A DNA stretch of 64,000 nucleotides from contig NC_043010.1 of the NCBI RefSeq assembly GCF_006345805.1, positions 32,302,001 to 32,366,000 on the forward strand, read 5' to 3'. Both the position numbers and the translations under genes were made by a program. The stretch comes from Octopus sinensis (Eukaryota). Positions 51,755 to 64,000 of this stretch are shown here, one piece after another (position 1 is the first letter of the stretch; every line of letters starts with the position of its first letter). The notes under the pieces were generated by a model, which worked only from the letters and a program-made list of their open reading frames with translations, did not search any database and was not told the origin of the DNA.

Positions 51755-52765
51755 CATCATTTAATGTCCACTTTCCATGCTAGCATGGATTAGACAGTTT
51801 GACAGGGACTGGTATGCCAAAGAGCTGTACCAGGTTCCAGTATGATTTGGCATGGTTTCCACAGCTGGATGCCCTTCCTAATGCCAACCACTCTGAGTGT
51901 GTAATGGGCACTTTTTACGTGCCACCAGCATGGGTGCCATTTACATTAACACTAGTAGTGTTCATGACTATGGTTTCATGGGTGCCATTTACATGACACT
52001 GGCAATGGTCCAACATTTGAGGCCCAATGTTTGATGATCATGCTTCACCACCTTATCCCATGTCTTCCTGTGTCTTCCTCTTCCACAGGTTCCCTCGACA
52101 GTTAGAGATCAGCACTTCTTTACACAACTGTTCTTGCTCATATGCATCATATGACCATACCAACATATTTATCTCTCTTGCTTCTCATATCTGATGTCTC
52201 TTATGCCCAGTTTTTCTCTGAGATACCTATGCTCTGTTGCTCATGCACACTTGCATTTCACATCTAATGAAGTATACTAGTTTCATTTCTTTCAAGCCTT
52301 CACATGTCCTCAGCAGTCACAGCCTATGGTTCACTGCTGTGGAGCATGGCAGTTCACACATAGGCATCATACAATATGCCTTTCAATCTGATGGGGAGGC
52401 CCTTTGTTACTGACAGAAGTGGAAGCTCTCTGAACTTTGCTCAGCCTATTCTTATATTCTAGCAGCTACACTCTCAGAGCATCCACCTCCACTGCTGAAC
52501 TGGTCACATAGATAATGGAAGCTATCAACTACTTATAGTATTCCCCCTGGCGTTTCATGGAGTCTATTTTCATTACATTTCTAGAATTTATTGTACCTGT
52601 ACATCTGCCACACATGAAGACTATTTTCCCAGTTAACCTTCCTATGATATTGCTGCATCTCTTACGTATCCATAACTTGCACCGGGTACATCTTATGGAG
52701 TTTCTACCTATGCCTTTTCTACATATTGAGCAGGGCCATCTACATGACGGGATTTGTGACTTGTC

Positions 52766-52770
<5 letters not shown>
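51755..52770 (-). mobile_element. RTE LINE 3' portion with PHD-like Cys-rich motif
   Basis: WPCSICRKGIGRNSIRCTRCKLWIRKRCS...FMCGRC, then RIRIG*AKFRELPLL-like frames and the shared tail. Confidence 0.8.
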
Positions 52771-52841
<71 letters not shown>

Positions 52842-53103
52842 TCTCTTCTACTTGTTTCAGCCATGTGTTTCAGGATCTAATAAAATTGAAATATTTTGAT
52901 AACAAAGGCATCAAGGTAGAGTTGCGGATAACATATCTTGTATTAACAATGTGTACAGACAGTCATGTACTAAGGCATATACAAATTTGTCTTTCCTGTT
53001 ACAATTACATCCACATGTATAGACCAAATACATCCAACATATACGTCCTATACTATTTGTGTGAAAAATCCTAAATGTTAAATTTTCTTTCTTTTTTTTC
53101 CAC

Positions 53104-53177
53104 CTGAAGAGAACATTTTTTATTTTTACATGATGCAATTGATTCATTTATCAATAAAAAAGATGTCTGAAACAGTC
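53104..53177 (+). ncRNA. Hammerhead core with expanded helix II but no helix I
   Basis: CUGAAGA-GA-ACAUUUUUUAU...AUAAAAAAGAUGU-CU-GAAAC-A-GUC; the downstream flank does not pair with the upstream flank. Confidence 0.5.
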
Positions 53178-53214
53178 TATTTCTGAACCTTATCTTGTTT
53201 GTTTGTTTGTTTGT

Positions 53215-53272
<58 letters not shown>

Positions 53273-53274
<2 letters not shown>

Positions 53275-53410
53275 TTAGGGAGTATGGCTCCAAACTTACA
53301 GGGAAAAATTAGATTTAGTATTAAAACAAATTTCACAGTATAAATGTATAAAATATGAATTAGAGATAAAACCACTATTATGCAACTCAAACAGTGATAG
53401 ACATAAACTA
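53273..53410. repeat. Short dispersed repeat (copy 3 of 3, non-inverted form)
   Basis: Same 5' ~70 bp as 5995 and 34456; continues AATTAGAGATAAAACCACTAT in direct orientation; follows (AAT)n. Confidence 0.8.
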
Positions 53411-53639
53411 ATGCATAAATAACAAATAATATAAATATAATTAATATAATTTATAATATATATGTAATTTTTTTTCCAAAAAGTATAAAAAGAATGATAA
53501 ATATAATATAATAAGTAAATATAATATGATAAGTAATAAGTAATGTAATAAGTAAATATAATAAGTAAATATAATAGAATATAAACTGTTCCTTGATGGT
53601 TTTCTTTTTTATATTTGTTAACATAGTGCACAAATATGA

Positions 53640-54159
53640 GTAATTGACCATTGTTTTAGAACATAAATTGATTCATAAAGTTTTATACTGATTCTTGCAT
53701 GACAGTTTATAATCTCATTGATAACTTGATTTGTCATGTTCTGATTTATATCCTTAAATTTTGGTGTTCAATGTCACTGGACAAAGGCATTAGCTTCAGT
53801 CGCTTCATTGCATCCATTCTCTGTACAGTTTTGTCATTTCCAGTGTACAAGACATTACTTTGCTTTCTTCTGTAGAGTGGGATTTATTTTCTTTAGCAAT
53901 TACACATGAAATTTTGAAGGAAGGTTTGTAAAAGTTTTTTTCTAGAAGGAGCAAATTCCGATACTGATGTAGTTCTTTCTGATCTTAATGAATTCTTTAC
54001 GTGGTCATTTTGGTATCACTGATTTCAGGCTAACTTATTTGACGTCAGGCATGTTAATGCTTCTTTTGGTCTCCCCACCACGTTCTCCTTATTTCTCTCT
54101 CTCACTCTTTCTGTTTATTTGTGTGAGCATTAGCTATGTTCTATGTATGAGTAGTGTCT

Positions 54160-54213
<54 letters not shown>

Positions 54214-54555
54214 TCTGTCACTGTATCTGTATATGTGTATATTTCTGCATGTACACACACACACACAGACATGTATGCGTGCGCGTGTGTGTGTGCCAAA
54301 ACAGGCTGAATGTTCAGTCAGCCGTACCAAATCATTGACATCCAAACAGCTGCACTCAATTGTCTCATTCTAATCATCAATTGAAGTGCTTACCTAATTT
54401 CTTTACTTGCTTTCAAGATGTTTACTCAGCCTTCCTGTCTCCGTATTTTCATTGCTTATTATCAAATTGCAAGCCATGCATCATTGTATTACTTACATCC
54501 TCTTTGTCATACAGATGAAGCTGAAATCAACATATTTCATAATCCACTTCCATTT
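53640..54555 (-). pseudogene. hAT (Charlie/Buster, ZBED5/SCAND3-like) transposase N-terminal relic
   Basis: YVDFSFICM..CMAC..SNENTETGRLSKHLESK (BED-finger-like) and SFKISCVIAKENKSHSTEE...AMKRLKLMPLS; interrupted by (CT)n/(GT)n. Confidence 0.65.
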
Positions 54556-57346
54556 TTGACAAACAATATTTTGTAAAAATAATTCTTTTAAACAATGGAA
54601 AGAAAAACAATCAGCAAATTCCAAATAAAAATTTTAATATCAAATGAAAAATAGTTTTATTGAAGAAATTTTATCATTCACATTGATTTTATTGTACAAA
54701 GATGATACAACAATACAATGTGAATGACTAGTTAGGAAGGCGCCACCATTTTCACTTATTATTGTGAAGACACCTGAATAGACTGAAACTACACAGATAT
54801 GATGAGTAATCTAAACCAGACGAATATCAAGCAGCAGAACATCAGAAATCAGTCTTGCCACTTTGGTATATGCAAATTAGAAGTTTCCAGTTCTCTACAG
54901 CTACTAGATCCGATGTGTATTCATGTTTCTCTGGGACTGGTCAAGTGATGTAGCTACCTCTGAAGAAACCTCTGTAAGAGTCAAAAGTCAATTAAGAATG
55001 TTCATTTGATTTCAGTCTGCAGTTAAATAGGTAAAAATAATGTCTGTGTGTCCACTATGTAGGTTTACATTTAATAATGTTTGTACACATTCTTCAAAAT
55101 TCTGGGTGTTTTTATGACTTATTCAGCTGAGGGATGTGATGAGGTGGCTAGTTTTTGTAGTGCGGGTGGGTGAAAGCTTAAATTTGCCTAATTTGCCTAT
55201 TGGGGTTAGTGGGGTGGAGGGAAAGGAAAGAGAGAAGCAGGGAGTGGAAAAGAAAGAATGGGATTGTTTGAGGGTGCTAGTTGAATATGTATGTATGTAT
55301 GTGTCAGGTGATGTGTAAGTGTGTGTGGGGGTGTGTACATGTGCAGAGAGTAGATTTGTGCAGATATGTGTGTGTTAACATCACAGTATATGTGTGTGTG
55401 GTGGGGTGAAAAGTGGACAAATTGGTATACATATGTGTGCATCACAAGGTAGGCAGGAGACAAGATGGTAGAAGAAACAAGATGTTTAGAATGTCAGAGG
55501 TACAAATGTATGGGAAAGGGGAGTATGACAGGAAGGAGAGTGAGTGTGGAACCGACCTCCTGGTGTGGGTGTCTTAAGGGTATGTGCATGGGTGTGTGCA
55601 TGGTATGGGACGAAATGTAAGGTAGTGGGAGGTGTGAGATGTATGGAGTAAAGTGGCAAAGGGAGTGGAAATGGAGACAAAGGGAAGTGGTGTGTAGCGA
55701 TGGGGCAGATGAAAAGAGAAAAGTTAGAAAAACTGAGAAGAATTCAGACTGAAAGGTGTATTTGTTTGGAGAAAAAAGTGAGCTTTTGATCCTTCCAGAG
55801 GTGAGTAGTGGGAGAGCCAGTGGTGTTGGTCATTTTGAAGGCCGAAAAATTGTGTTTGTATAAGTGATGCATGTGTGTGTATGTGTCTTTGTGAAACAGA
55901 AAGATGTGAGAAGGTGTTTTGGTTAGTATTGTGTCTCTTCTTGCAATCAGTCATAACATGCCTGAAAATCCTGTGCATCCACATGTGGAATTCAGAGTAA
56001 GCAAGAGGTTGACTGAACCAAAATAAAATATATTATGATATATCATAGTAAAGAATTGAACCAGTGTGTGAGTTATTAATATTGGCATAATGACTCTCTC
56101 TCTCCCTAGACACCACAAAATATGGTGTTAATGTCATAGTCATTCTTTAAAACAGTAATACAGTGGTAGAAATGGTAGCATATATATGGGAAAATATTTT
56201 ATGATATTTAGTAGTATCCCTTAAATTGTATGGAGAAAGTTAGTGAGACAATTAGCCATTGTTCTCTGGATGCTGAAGATTTGGCACAGGTGACTGAACA
56301 AGTTAGTGATGAGATGTTTTAATACTGGAGGCAAATATATGCATGTGTGCAAAGAAATATACGCATACAGAATAACAGAGGGAGAGGAGGGAAAGAGATG
56401 ACACACACATATAAAAATGACTAGATGCTCATGCATATAATCAGAGAGAGAGAGAGAGAGAGAACAAGAGAAATCTCTGATGGCAAATAAGACAGAGTTG
56501 AATAAGCAGTGCCAAAATAGCTGTGCCAGAACGTCAATACCCCTTTCGTCTTACTGAGGCCAAATGTTAATTATTGTTGTTTTTGCTGTTGTTGTTGGGC
56601 AATCCCAGGTCAGATGTAATCTAGCAAACCTGTGATCGACTATGTGCTAATCGTGATTATCCCAACTTTTATTCAAATGCTGTGTATCTAAGACTAAATT
56701 GTCCAAAAGTATGCTCACAATTTTTATGCCTGTGTGGTTGAGATGGGATGAAGGTTGGCTGCTTTTTCTAAAGGCTAAGTGACCTTCTATATGGGCTGTG
56801 GATGATGGTTGTAGCAGTCTGATAGAACCAAGGAAACTGTTTCCATTAGTCTGCAGAATTCTGCTTTAAGCATGCCATCTAACCTGTCATAACATTTTTA
56901 TTTTTCGGAATTTTCAGATATTTTTTGAAAATTTGTATTCTACACATGGGAATTCATGTGACTATGAAAAAAAATAATCTTTTTTAATTCCTTTTTTCTC
57001 ATGTATGAACCGACGATAAAGAAGTTATCATCTGCTAAATATTTAGAGTCAATTCACTTTTCTTTTCACAAAGACGTTTCAAGTCAACGTTGAAGGTGAA
57101 ATACCTTATTAATTTCGTTTTTATTATTTATAAAATTATAATCACTCATTCATCTATTCCAAAGTTAGAAAGATAGATTTCTAAAGGGCAGATTGCTATT
57201 ACTTAATATCTTATCCCTTTTGGTGTTGTAGTTTTCCTTCGTGTTCTGCTCACAAAACCATCTAAAGTTTAAATTGAAGGTGAAGTCCCTTACTATATTT
57301 ATTGAAAAATATTCAACAATTACATTAATTTATTAATTTACCCTTT

Positions 57347-57385
57347 AATAAAGTCATGGGTGATGGCAACTGTATGTTCAGAGCC
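57347..57385 (+). other. Isolated OTU cysteine-protease Cys-box remnant
   Basis: NKVMGDGNCMFRA matches the GDGNCLFRA motif; truncated by the adjacent LINE. Confidence 0.45.
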
Positions 57386-57389
57386 AAAT

Positions 57390-59000
57390 TTTTGTGTCTC
57401 TTCTTGCAATCAGCCAGGATAGTCTTATTGATTAGTAATTGATCCTTCGTCCCCTGCTCTTATGTCTACACCCCTTTTGTTTCACTGGTAGTAGATCATT
57501 CTCATCTAGGTACTTATAGATGCTCTTTGATATGATGCCTGTCATCAGTTCCCACATCAGTGGCAAACAAGATATATTGGTTACGAATTTCTAACTGCAT
57601 TCCCTTTACTTGGTTCTTTCTGGCATAGTACCATTCTTCCTTTTACCATCCAGGCTGGTACTTGAATGTCACTATTCAGTATTTTGTCCAACTGTCTCAC
57701 AATTCTCCTGTGCAGAGCTGTCAAATTATTAAGCCAAAAGCCCTAAACCCCATCTGGGCCAGACACTTTCCAGTTAGGAATTTTCCTGCTCTGATCTCTA
57801 ATCATTTCCTCAGTTACTCTCAAATCTTCCTGCTCATACTCTCCATTTTCCTCTTTGAGTGTCTTTCACCACTCTGTTTTAGTTTCATGTTGTTTTTCCT
57901 GAGACCATATGTTTGATCAGAATCTTTTACTTTCTTCAGCATTTGGCATGGCTTTTTCACCTTTTTCTTTCTCATCCAGTTCCTGATAGACTCATTTCTG
58001 ATTTTGTTCAAAAAGTCTGTTTAATCTGTACTGCTCAATTCTCTGTTCATATCTTTTTAGATTATGTGCTTTCGCTTTCAACCTCTGTTTTAATTCCTCA
58101 ATCTCAACGTTGATTTCCTTTCTCTTCACTCTATACTTCCTCTCTAGCTCAACATATTTCTCTTACTGAACTTCATTTCTCTTTTTCCATTCCAGAATAT
58201 CAATATGTTTTCTGGCCTAATTAATAGACTGCGTTATTCTCCTTTTCCACCATGGTTCCTTCAGGTTATGTTGACATTTACCTCTGGCTTTCAAACCTAA
58301 CTTCCAGGCAATAAAGATCAAGATTGCATCTATCAGATTGTTGGTGTCTGTGATGTTGTCAGTCTTGATATCACCAGTGATATCATTCATTGAGTTTCTT
58401 TCTGTCTACTTTTTTAAATCCTGCATGAAAGCTCTATTCACCAGAAGTCTAAATATCAATGATTTAATTTAAAATGGATATCTGTTCATGGTTCTCTCAT
58501 TGCTTTCCTGATCAATAATCATAGCCTTGTGCTCATTTTTTTCTTTTAATTCCACTGCCATAGTTTCCCTATCAGCATTCTTTTCCTCATCCTTCCATTC
58601 ACTACTGGTCTTACTATACCTAAGCACCCGTCTGTTAATGTTTTCTAGTTCAACTGGAGATAACCATTCATACTTTCAGACAGCTCTAGCTTGGTCACAC
58701 AGATTTTGCTCACTTAATTCAAATAGGCCTCTGTCACTCCGTGCCCTGTGCATTCTTTTCATATATCCCCTAGTGGGTACTTTATCATTTCTCAGATTAC
58801 CCAGAAAGTAGCATTCCATTACAGCCATATTCATTTCTTTCATCCACCTTTTAGCAGCTGCTTGATGATGACTGTGCCTACGCTTCTCACCCGTGGGGTA
58901 CCCGCTAGGTGACAGACCTTCACAAGGTGTTCCAGCCTCATTCATGCCATTCTCATTTCTATTTCATGATGAAGGTTAGTGAATTTTAGGTTGCACAACC
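57390..59000 (-). pseudogene. 5' portion of an R4/Dong-like non-LTR retrotransposon ORF
   Basis: KRWMKEMNMAVMECYF...GYMKRMHR..RGLFELSEQNLCDQARAV*..WLSPVELE resembles the Dong/Rex6-type N-terminus; the RT start has GPDGFRAFGL-like and LFATDVGT remnants. Confidence 0.7.
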
Positions 59001-59366
59001 ACCTGTATTTTTTTCCCTCATGACACCATCACTGACAGGATCTCCACCCTAGGATATAGGATTCCTGTAAACCTGGTTTAATTTTTTGAGTTTCAAGTGT
59101 TATGATTGCTTCTGCCTCTTAGGTGTGGCTATTGCCTCGTACGAATTCATTAAAAAAAAAATTGCCTTGCTCCCAGTTTGAATATGAAGAATAGGTGGTG
59201 GGGTGGGGGTGGTCGCATCGACCTCATGGCAAAGTGGTCTTTTCATTACAGTAGTTCCAGTTCAATATAATTCTAGATAGATAGTAATATTCTGAGAAGA
59301 TAAACAAAAAAAAAAGAGGAAGAGGAAATTTTTAACAAACTTTCTTTGCCTCATGGCAAAGCGGTC

Positions 59367-59411
<45 letters not shown>

Positions 59412-59519
59412 CATCTTCTTTCAATTTTGCTTTCATTTTCTTTCCGAGTGTCTTTCTGACACCTAGGGCAGAGAAACTTACTGTATACATTGGTAGGCCA
59501 TCAAAATAAACACATTGGA

Positions 59520-59565
<46 letters not shown>

Positions 59566-60368
59566 TAGCAATATCATTTTAATGGTTGTAGTAATCAACT
59601 GAATGGTTTATGTTTCTATTGCCATCAAATGATGTATTCAGAAAGACACGTCTGACCTGTCAGCTTTTGTGTTGGTCATGTTTTAGAACCCTTTCATATA
59701 AAACAATGGAAAACAGAGGTGGTTTCTTCAAAAGTAAGATTTCTTGTTGAATCTATTTATTCCAGTGACATTGTAGAATATTTTCAACTCCTACCTGTAA
59801 CTGTGTGTGTCATTTATCTCAATCAGAAACAAACAGAAATTTCCAACAAATGGCATCCAATGGAGAATTTCTTGCACTTTGCTTCCTGCTATGTTTTCTA
59901 GATTTGTCTAAAAGACCTGGAACAAATATTTTGATGGAAATTTTTGTTTTTATCCACAACTTCGCTGGTTTTTTTCTTAATTAGTCCTTACATTACTTTG
60001 TTGTTCTTGTTGTTCCATCTTTTGCTTTGTCTTTTAAGCATTTTTTAAGCATAAACACAAATGTGTAGATACACAATTCATACACACACATGATGGAGCC
60101 TACATGTGCCCCATCATGACATTTATGCCATCACACCATTACTCTAAAAATATTTCAACAACTACCATCAGCCATCACCTCCATCAAACCATCACAGCTA
60201 CCATCATCACAATCACTAGCAAGGGTTGCCCATGTTTCTCAGTTAGCCATAGACAGAGTCTTAGCATCAGTAGAATTTATCATATAAGACTTCACCATCA
60301 TCATAATCATCTTTATCCTCACCATTAACCCCATTTTTAACATTATCATCACCATCATCATCATGCTC

Positions 60369-61340
60369 TTTATTACCTCTGCCTTAGCAAAGGTGGAGGT
60401 ATTGTTTTCAGTTGTGTTTGTGTATCTATGGACAAGTTATCTCAAGAACTGCTGGATGGATTCAGATGAAACTTTCAGGGATGTTTGTTCTTACGACTGG
60501 CACAAACTGATTAGATTTTGGGATCGATCTGGTACCGGTCAAGGATTCTGGATTATTTGTTATATTTACTTGAAGTATTACAATCTTACATTGACTTTCA
60601 AGTCCTTCTCTGATTATCTCCCTTAAAAGCATGCTCATGGTTTCCACATAAGTTATGGCAACATTGCTGTTTCCAAAGTTTTATTTTCGTTTCTCAATTT
60701 TACTCACGTCTCTGTCTTAGAAACTGATGGATAAATAAATCAAACTACATAAACAAACAGCAGCAAAACTGTTCAGAAATTAAATAACACTAACATATTT
60801 AGGAACAATAATAAATTTAATTTATCCTCAATAATTTTAGTTTTACCAATTTTAAATATATTTAAAATCTTCCCTACTTGACAAATGCATTTCTAGTTCT
60901 GCCTTGAAGGAAGCTTTACTTCTTGGGCTCCTGCACGTCCTTTCCATTTTCTTTCACACATGGCTAAATTTTTCACTATAGACCTTAATGGTCATAAAGA
61001 TACTATATCAGTGGACAGACTAAAAAAGGTCTTCATGGAGAAAACTGTCCCTGTTCCCACTGCAGATGACACACCCCCAACATTACAAACACAGCCTGTA
61101 CACTTACCTTCACATTCCATGATTACCATTGTGATCGATCAGGTATTGGACAAGGATTCTGGATTATTTTATCAGATGTTTTAGTTAATTTTTGAGAGCA
61201 GTCGGGTTCATTTTCTGTATTCTCATTTGTGAGAGCAGTTGAATTTATTTCAGATATTCTCATTTTAAAAATCATCTCTGACTAATCGTTGAGAGGACAC
61301 TAGCGTTGCCTTGATCGTGGTTTGCGCTCTCTGGGTACTT
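60369..61340 (+). mobile_element. Helentron-associated non-autonomous element (HINE/DINE-like), split by an internal insertion
   Basis: 5' subterminal IR ACCTCTGCC...GGTGGAGGT and 3' GGTTTGCGCTCTCTGGGTACTT; GATCGATC.GGTA..GG.CAAGGATTCTGGATTATTT is duplicated at ~60522 and ~61133. Confidence 0.6.
60960..61125 (+). pseudogene. Ty3/gypsy integrase C-terminal fragment
   Basis: KFFTIDLNGHKDTISVDRLKKVF resembles the TVSIDRLKP motif, followed by a Pro/Thr-rich tail. Confidence 0.6.
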
Positions 61341-61341
61341 T

Positions 61342-61790
61342 TATCATCATTACTATCATCATCATTCTCTTCATCACTGCTATCTTCATCATTCTCTTCA
61401 TCATCCCCATCATTACTATCTCTTTATTATCATTACTATCATCATCATCATCATTCTCTTCATCATCACCATCATCATCATTCTCTTCATCCTCACCATC
61501 ATCATCATCATTGCTATTCTCTTCATCATCACATCATCATTATTCTCTTTATCATGACCATTGTCATCATTCCCTTCATTATCATTATCATCATCATCAT
61601 CATTCTCTTCACCATCATCATTCTCTTCGTCACTACCATCGTCATCATTCCTCCCATTATCCTTACCATCAGAATCATTCTCTTCATCATTACTATCATC
61701 ATTATTTTCTTCTTCCTCACCATTATATTATCATCCCAATGACAATCAACATTTCACTATAATTACCACCAATATCATCATCATCATCCT
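61342..61790. repeat. Degenerate (CAT)n tract with recurring TCTCTT interruptions
   Basis: Directly visible. Confidence 0.9.
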
Positions 61791-62883
61791 TGTTAAATCC
61801 TCCTTTTGTCTGCAGTTGTTATACTAGTTTCTGTGTTTTGTGTGTATGCATGAGTGAGTGTTGATGGTATATTATGCTTTGTCTGTCTGTGTGTTGGAGG
61901 TATGAGTTAGTAGTATTATGTATGCATTGATGGTATTCTTAGTAAAAAGACGTGGAATATAGAAATGTACAGAAGACAACTAGGGAATAAAAATAGTTAA
62001 ATTCTTGCAATAATTTTAATGTTTGTATTTTGATTTTTGTGCTAGCATAGTTTGAACAGTAAAGCATGAAAACACTCATGCACTTAAACACAAACATGCA
62101 TACATACATACGCACTCACACTCATTCACTTAGACATATTAAATGAAAATATAAAAATAGCACACAAAAAATATATAATGAATTCTCATCTGTGTGTTTG
62201 ACCTCAGAAATGATAGCGGGAAGAACCACAGGATTTTTGTGTGAATGAAGAAAAAGAAAAATGTATTGTGAATATTACACTTTCCCTCTCATCCAAGACT
62301 AAGAAGGGAGGTGGATATGAAAAAGAATGTAATGATTATAATAATGAAATAATAGAATAAAAACAGAAATGTTTTCATGATATTGCAGACCTCAAGGAAA
62401 TTCATTTTTAGAATTTTTTTGTTTTATTTTCAAACAAGATCTTAGAATCAGGTTTCAATAACAACAGATATTCTCAGGATAATTTTGATGAAGGTATTTA
62501 GGAGAAATTTTATATTTTGCTCTTGTTATTGTTTAACGCACAACTTTACTCTGATTTAGCATATTTGTGATCAAAAGCATTCCTGCTGTAATCATACCAC
62601 CTTTTTTATTTTCAGACACATTTCATCTAAGACTACATTATTCAATGTGCCTTGCCACTTTTAAAATACTGATATGTAATTTGAGGGAGACCTGGTTCCT
62701 ATTTCTAACATTTGTGGGCTCTGACAGTAGCTATTCATTGCACTTGTATTAGTTATTGAATTTGTTGTTCTATATATACAAGGTTACTACATACCAAATT
62801 AATAGTGGACCAACACTACTTTTTTCTTCTTTCCTAATATACATCATAAATATACTTAAAATTTATTAAAGACCATCATGTAT

Positions 62884-62928
<45 letters not shown>

Positions 62929-63077
62929 TAATAATAGGTAAAATTAATTAATTAACTAGTAATTAATAATTCCACCAAGTAGAATTCAGCATGAAAAAGG
63001 ACCATTTTTCGGTAAACTTAAACAATACTTTATAATTACGAGTATAATTATAAAATATTGTACATATATATACATAA

Positions 63078-63182
<105 letters not shown>

Positions 63183-63323
63183 ATTGTACTGGATACAATT
63201 ATACTTACCTATATGCTGAAAATAGATGTCAAATACATCCAGCCACTGCAAATCGTCACTATATATACTCAGGTTGAAAGTGGGGAAAGCAGACTGATTT
63301 AAAATTCAAAAATAATTCAGATA

Positions 63324-63380
63324 GTTTTGGGTTGATCAATTTCTGGATTAATTTAATAACTTTTCGTTCATCAGTAAAAC
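63324..63380 (-). ncRNA. Degenerate hammerhead motif (left arm)
   Basis: GUUUUA-CUGAUGA-ACGA...UCCA-GAAA-UUGAUCAA-CC-CAAAAC; palindromic helix III, U16.1 lost. Confidence 0.55.
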
Positions 63381-63744
63381 ATACTGAGTGAAATAAATGA
63401 AAATATTTATACACAGAAAAACACAAGCAAATGTGAGTACATATAAATGTTCACAAATATATACACATCGAATTTTCTTAGTTCCCCTCAACATGTGTTA
63501 TTTGGTCAGAATAGTACAGAAGTAAATGAACTGACCCGAAGTAAATGGGAAACACTTAAACATAATTAAAAGATAAAATCATTAAAATTAATGAATTTTA
63601 TCAATGGCCAGCATATAAAAAATAACCTTTTAGGTAAAATACGTATATAGAGATATATAATTATATATTTGTGAATATTTATGTCTACTCACATTTGCTT
63701 GTGCTTTTCAGAGTATAAATATTTTCATTTATTTCACTCAGTAT

Positions 63745-63801
63745 GTTTTGCGGTTGAAGGAAATATTATTAAACTAATCCAGAAATTGATCAAGCTAAAA
63801 C
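63745..63801 (+). ncRNA. Degenerate hammerhead motif (right arm)
   Basis: GUUUUG-CGGUUGA-AGGA...UCCA-GAAA-UUGAUCAA-GC-UAAAAC; 5' core and cleavage triplet are mutated. Confidence 0.4.
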
Positions 63802-64000
63802 TATCTGAATTATTTTTGAATTTTAAATCAGTCCATTTTCCTGCTTTCAACCTGTCTGTATATAGGGAAAATTTGCAGTGGCTGGATGTATTTGATGTCT
63901 GTTTTCATCATAGAGACATGGCAGCCTCCGTGCCCTTCAGTATAATTGTATCCTATACAATTACATAACTTTATATATGTATTTTACCTAAAAGGTTATT

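Larger units (their letters stand above)
63191..63953. repeat. Fold-back inverted repeat (arms ~63191-63463 and ~63662-63953) plus a second IR 63621-63662 / 63959-64000
   Basis: Arms align as reverse complements, e.g. AAATACATCCAGCCACTGCAAAT and ACTGATTTAAAATTCAAAAATAATTCAGATAGTTTT. Confidence 0.93.

Noticed and set aside
54760-55000. Two partial hammerhead-like strings
   Set aside because: Each lacks one half of the core and has poor helices.

Overview
AT-rich eukaryotic (animal) genomic DNA, dense in microsatellites and mobile elements. The SINE and RTE-tail families look like those of octopod cephalopods; this is inference from recalled repeat families and was not checked. There are no prokaryotic operons, rRNA genes, true tRNA genes or CRISPR arrays, and most ORFs in the supplied track are translations of simple repeats. 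Main content: (1) Penelope-like retroelements (PLEs) of apparently three subtypes, including a near-intact ~4.1 kb RT + GIY-YIG copy (36037-40117, minus). That copy is part of a ~6.7 kb stack of PLE-type insertions inside the (TA)n tract of one SINE. (2) About ten type-I hammerhead ribozyme motifs, some intact-looking and some decayed. Several have non-canonical helix II (A.A or U.U closing pair, or 58-72 nt expansions). All five long fold-back inverted repeats I found carry a whole or partial hammerhead core, which is the most striking pattern. (3) A full-length TA-flanked Tc1-like element with DD36E spacing, plus relics of Tc1, mariner, maT-like, hAT, CR1/Jockey-like, RTE, R4/Dong and gypsy elements, two 394-bp non-autonomous Helitrons and many tRNA-derived SINEs. 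(4) Three small phase-compatible candidate exons (26071-30078, plus) that may belong to an unidentified host gene. All structures were read by eye and boundaries of degraded relics are approximate.
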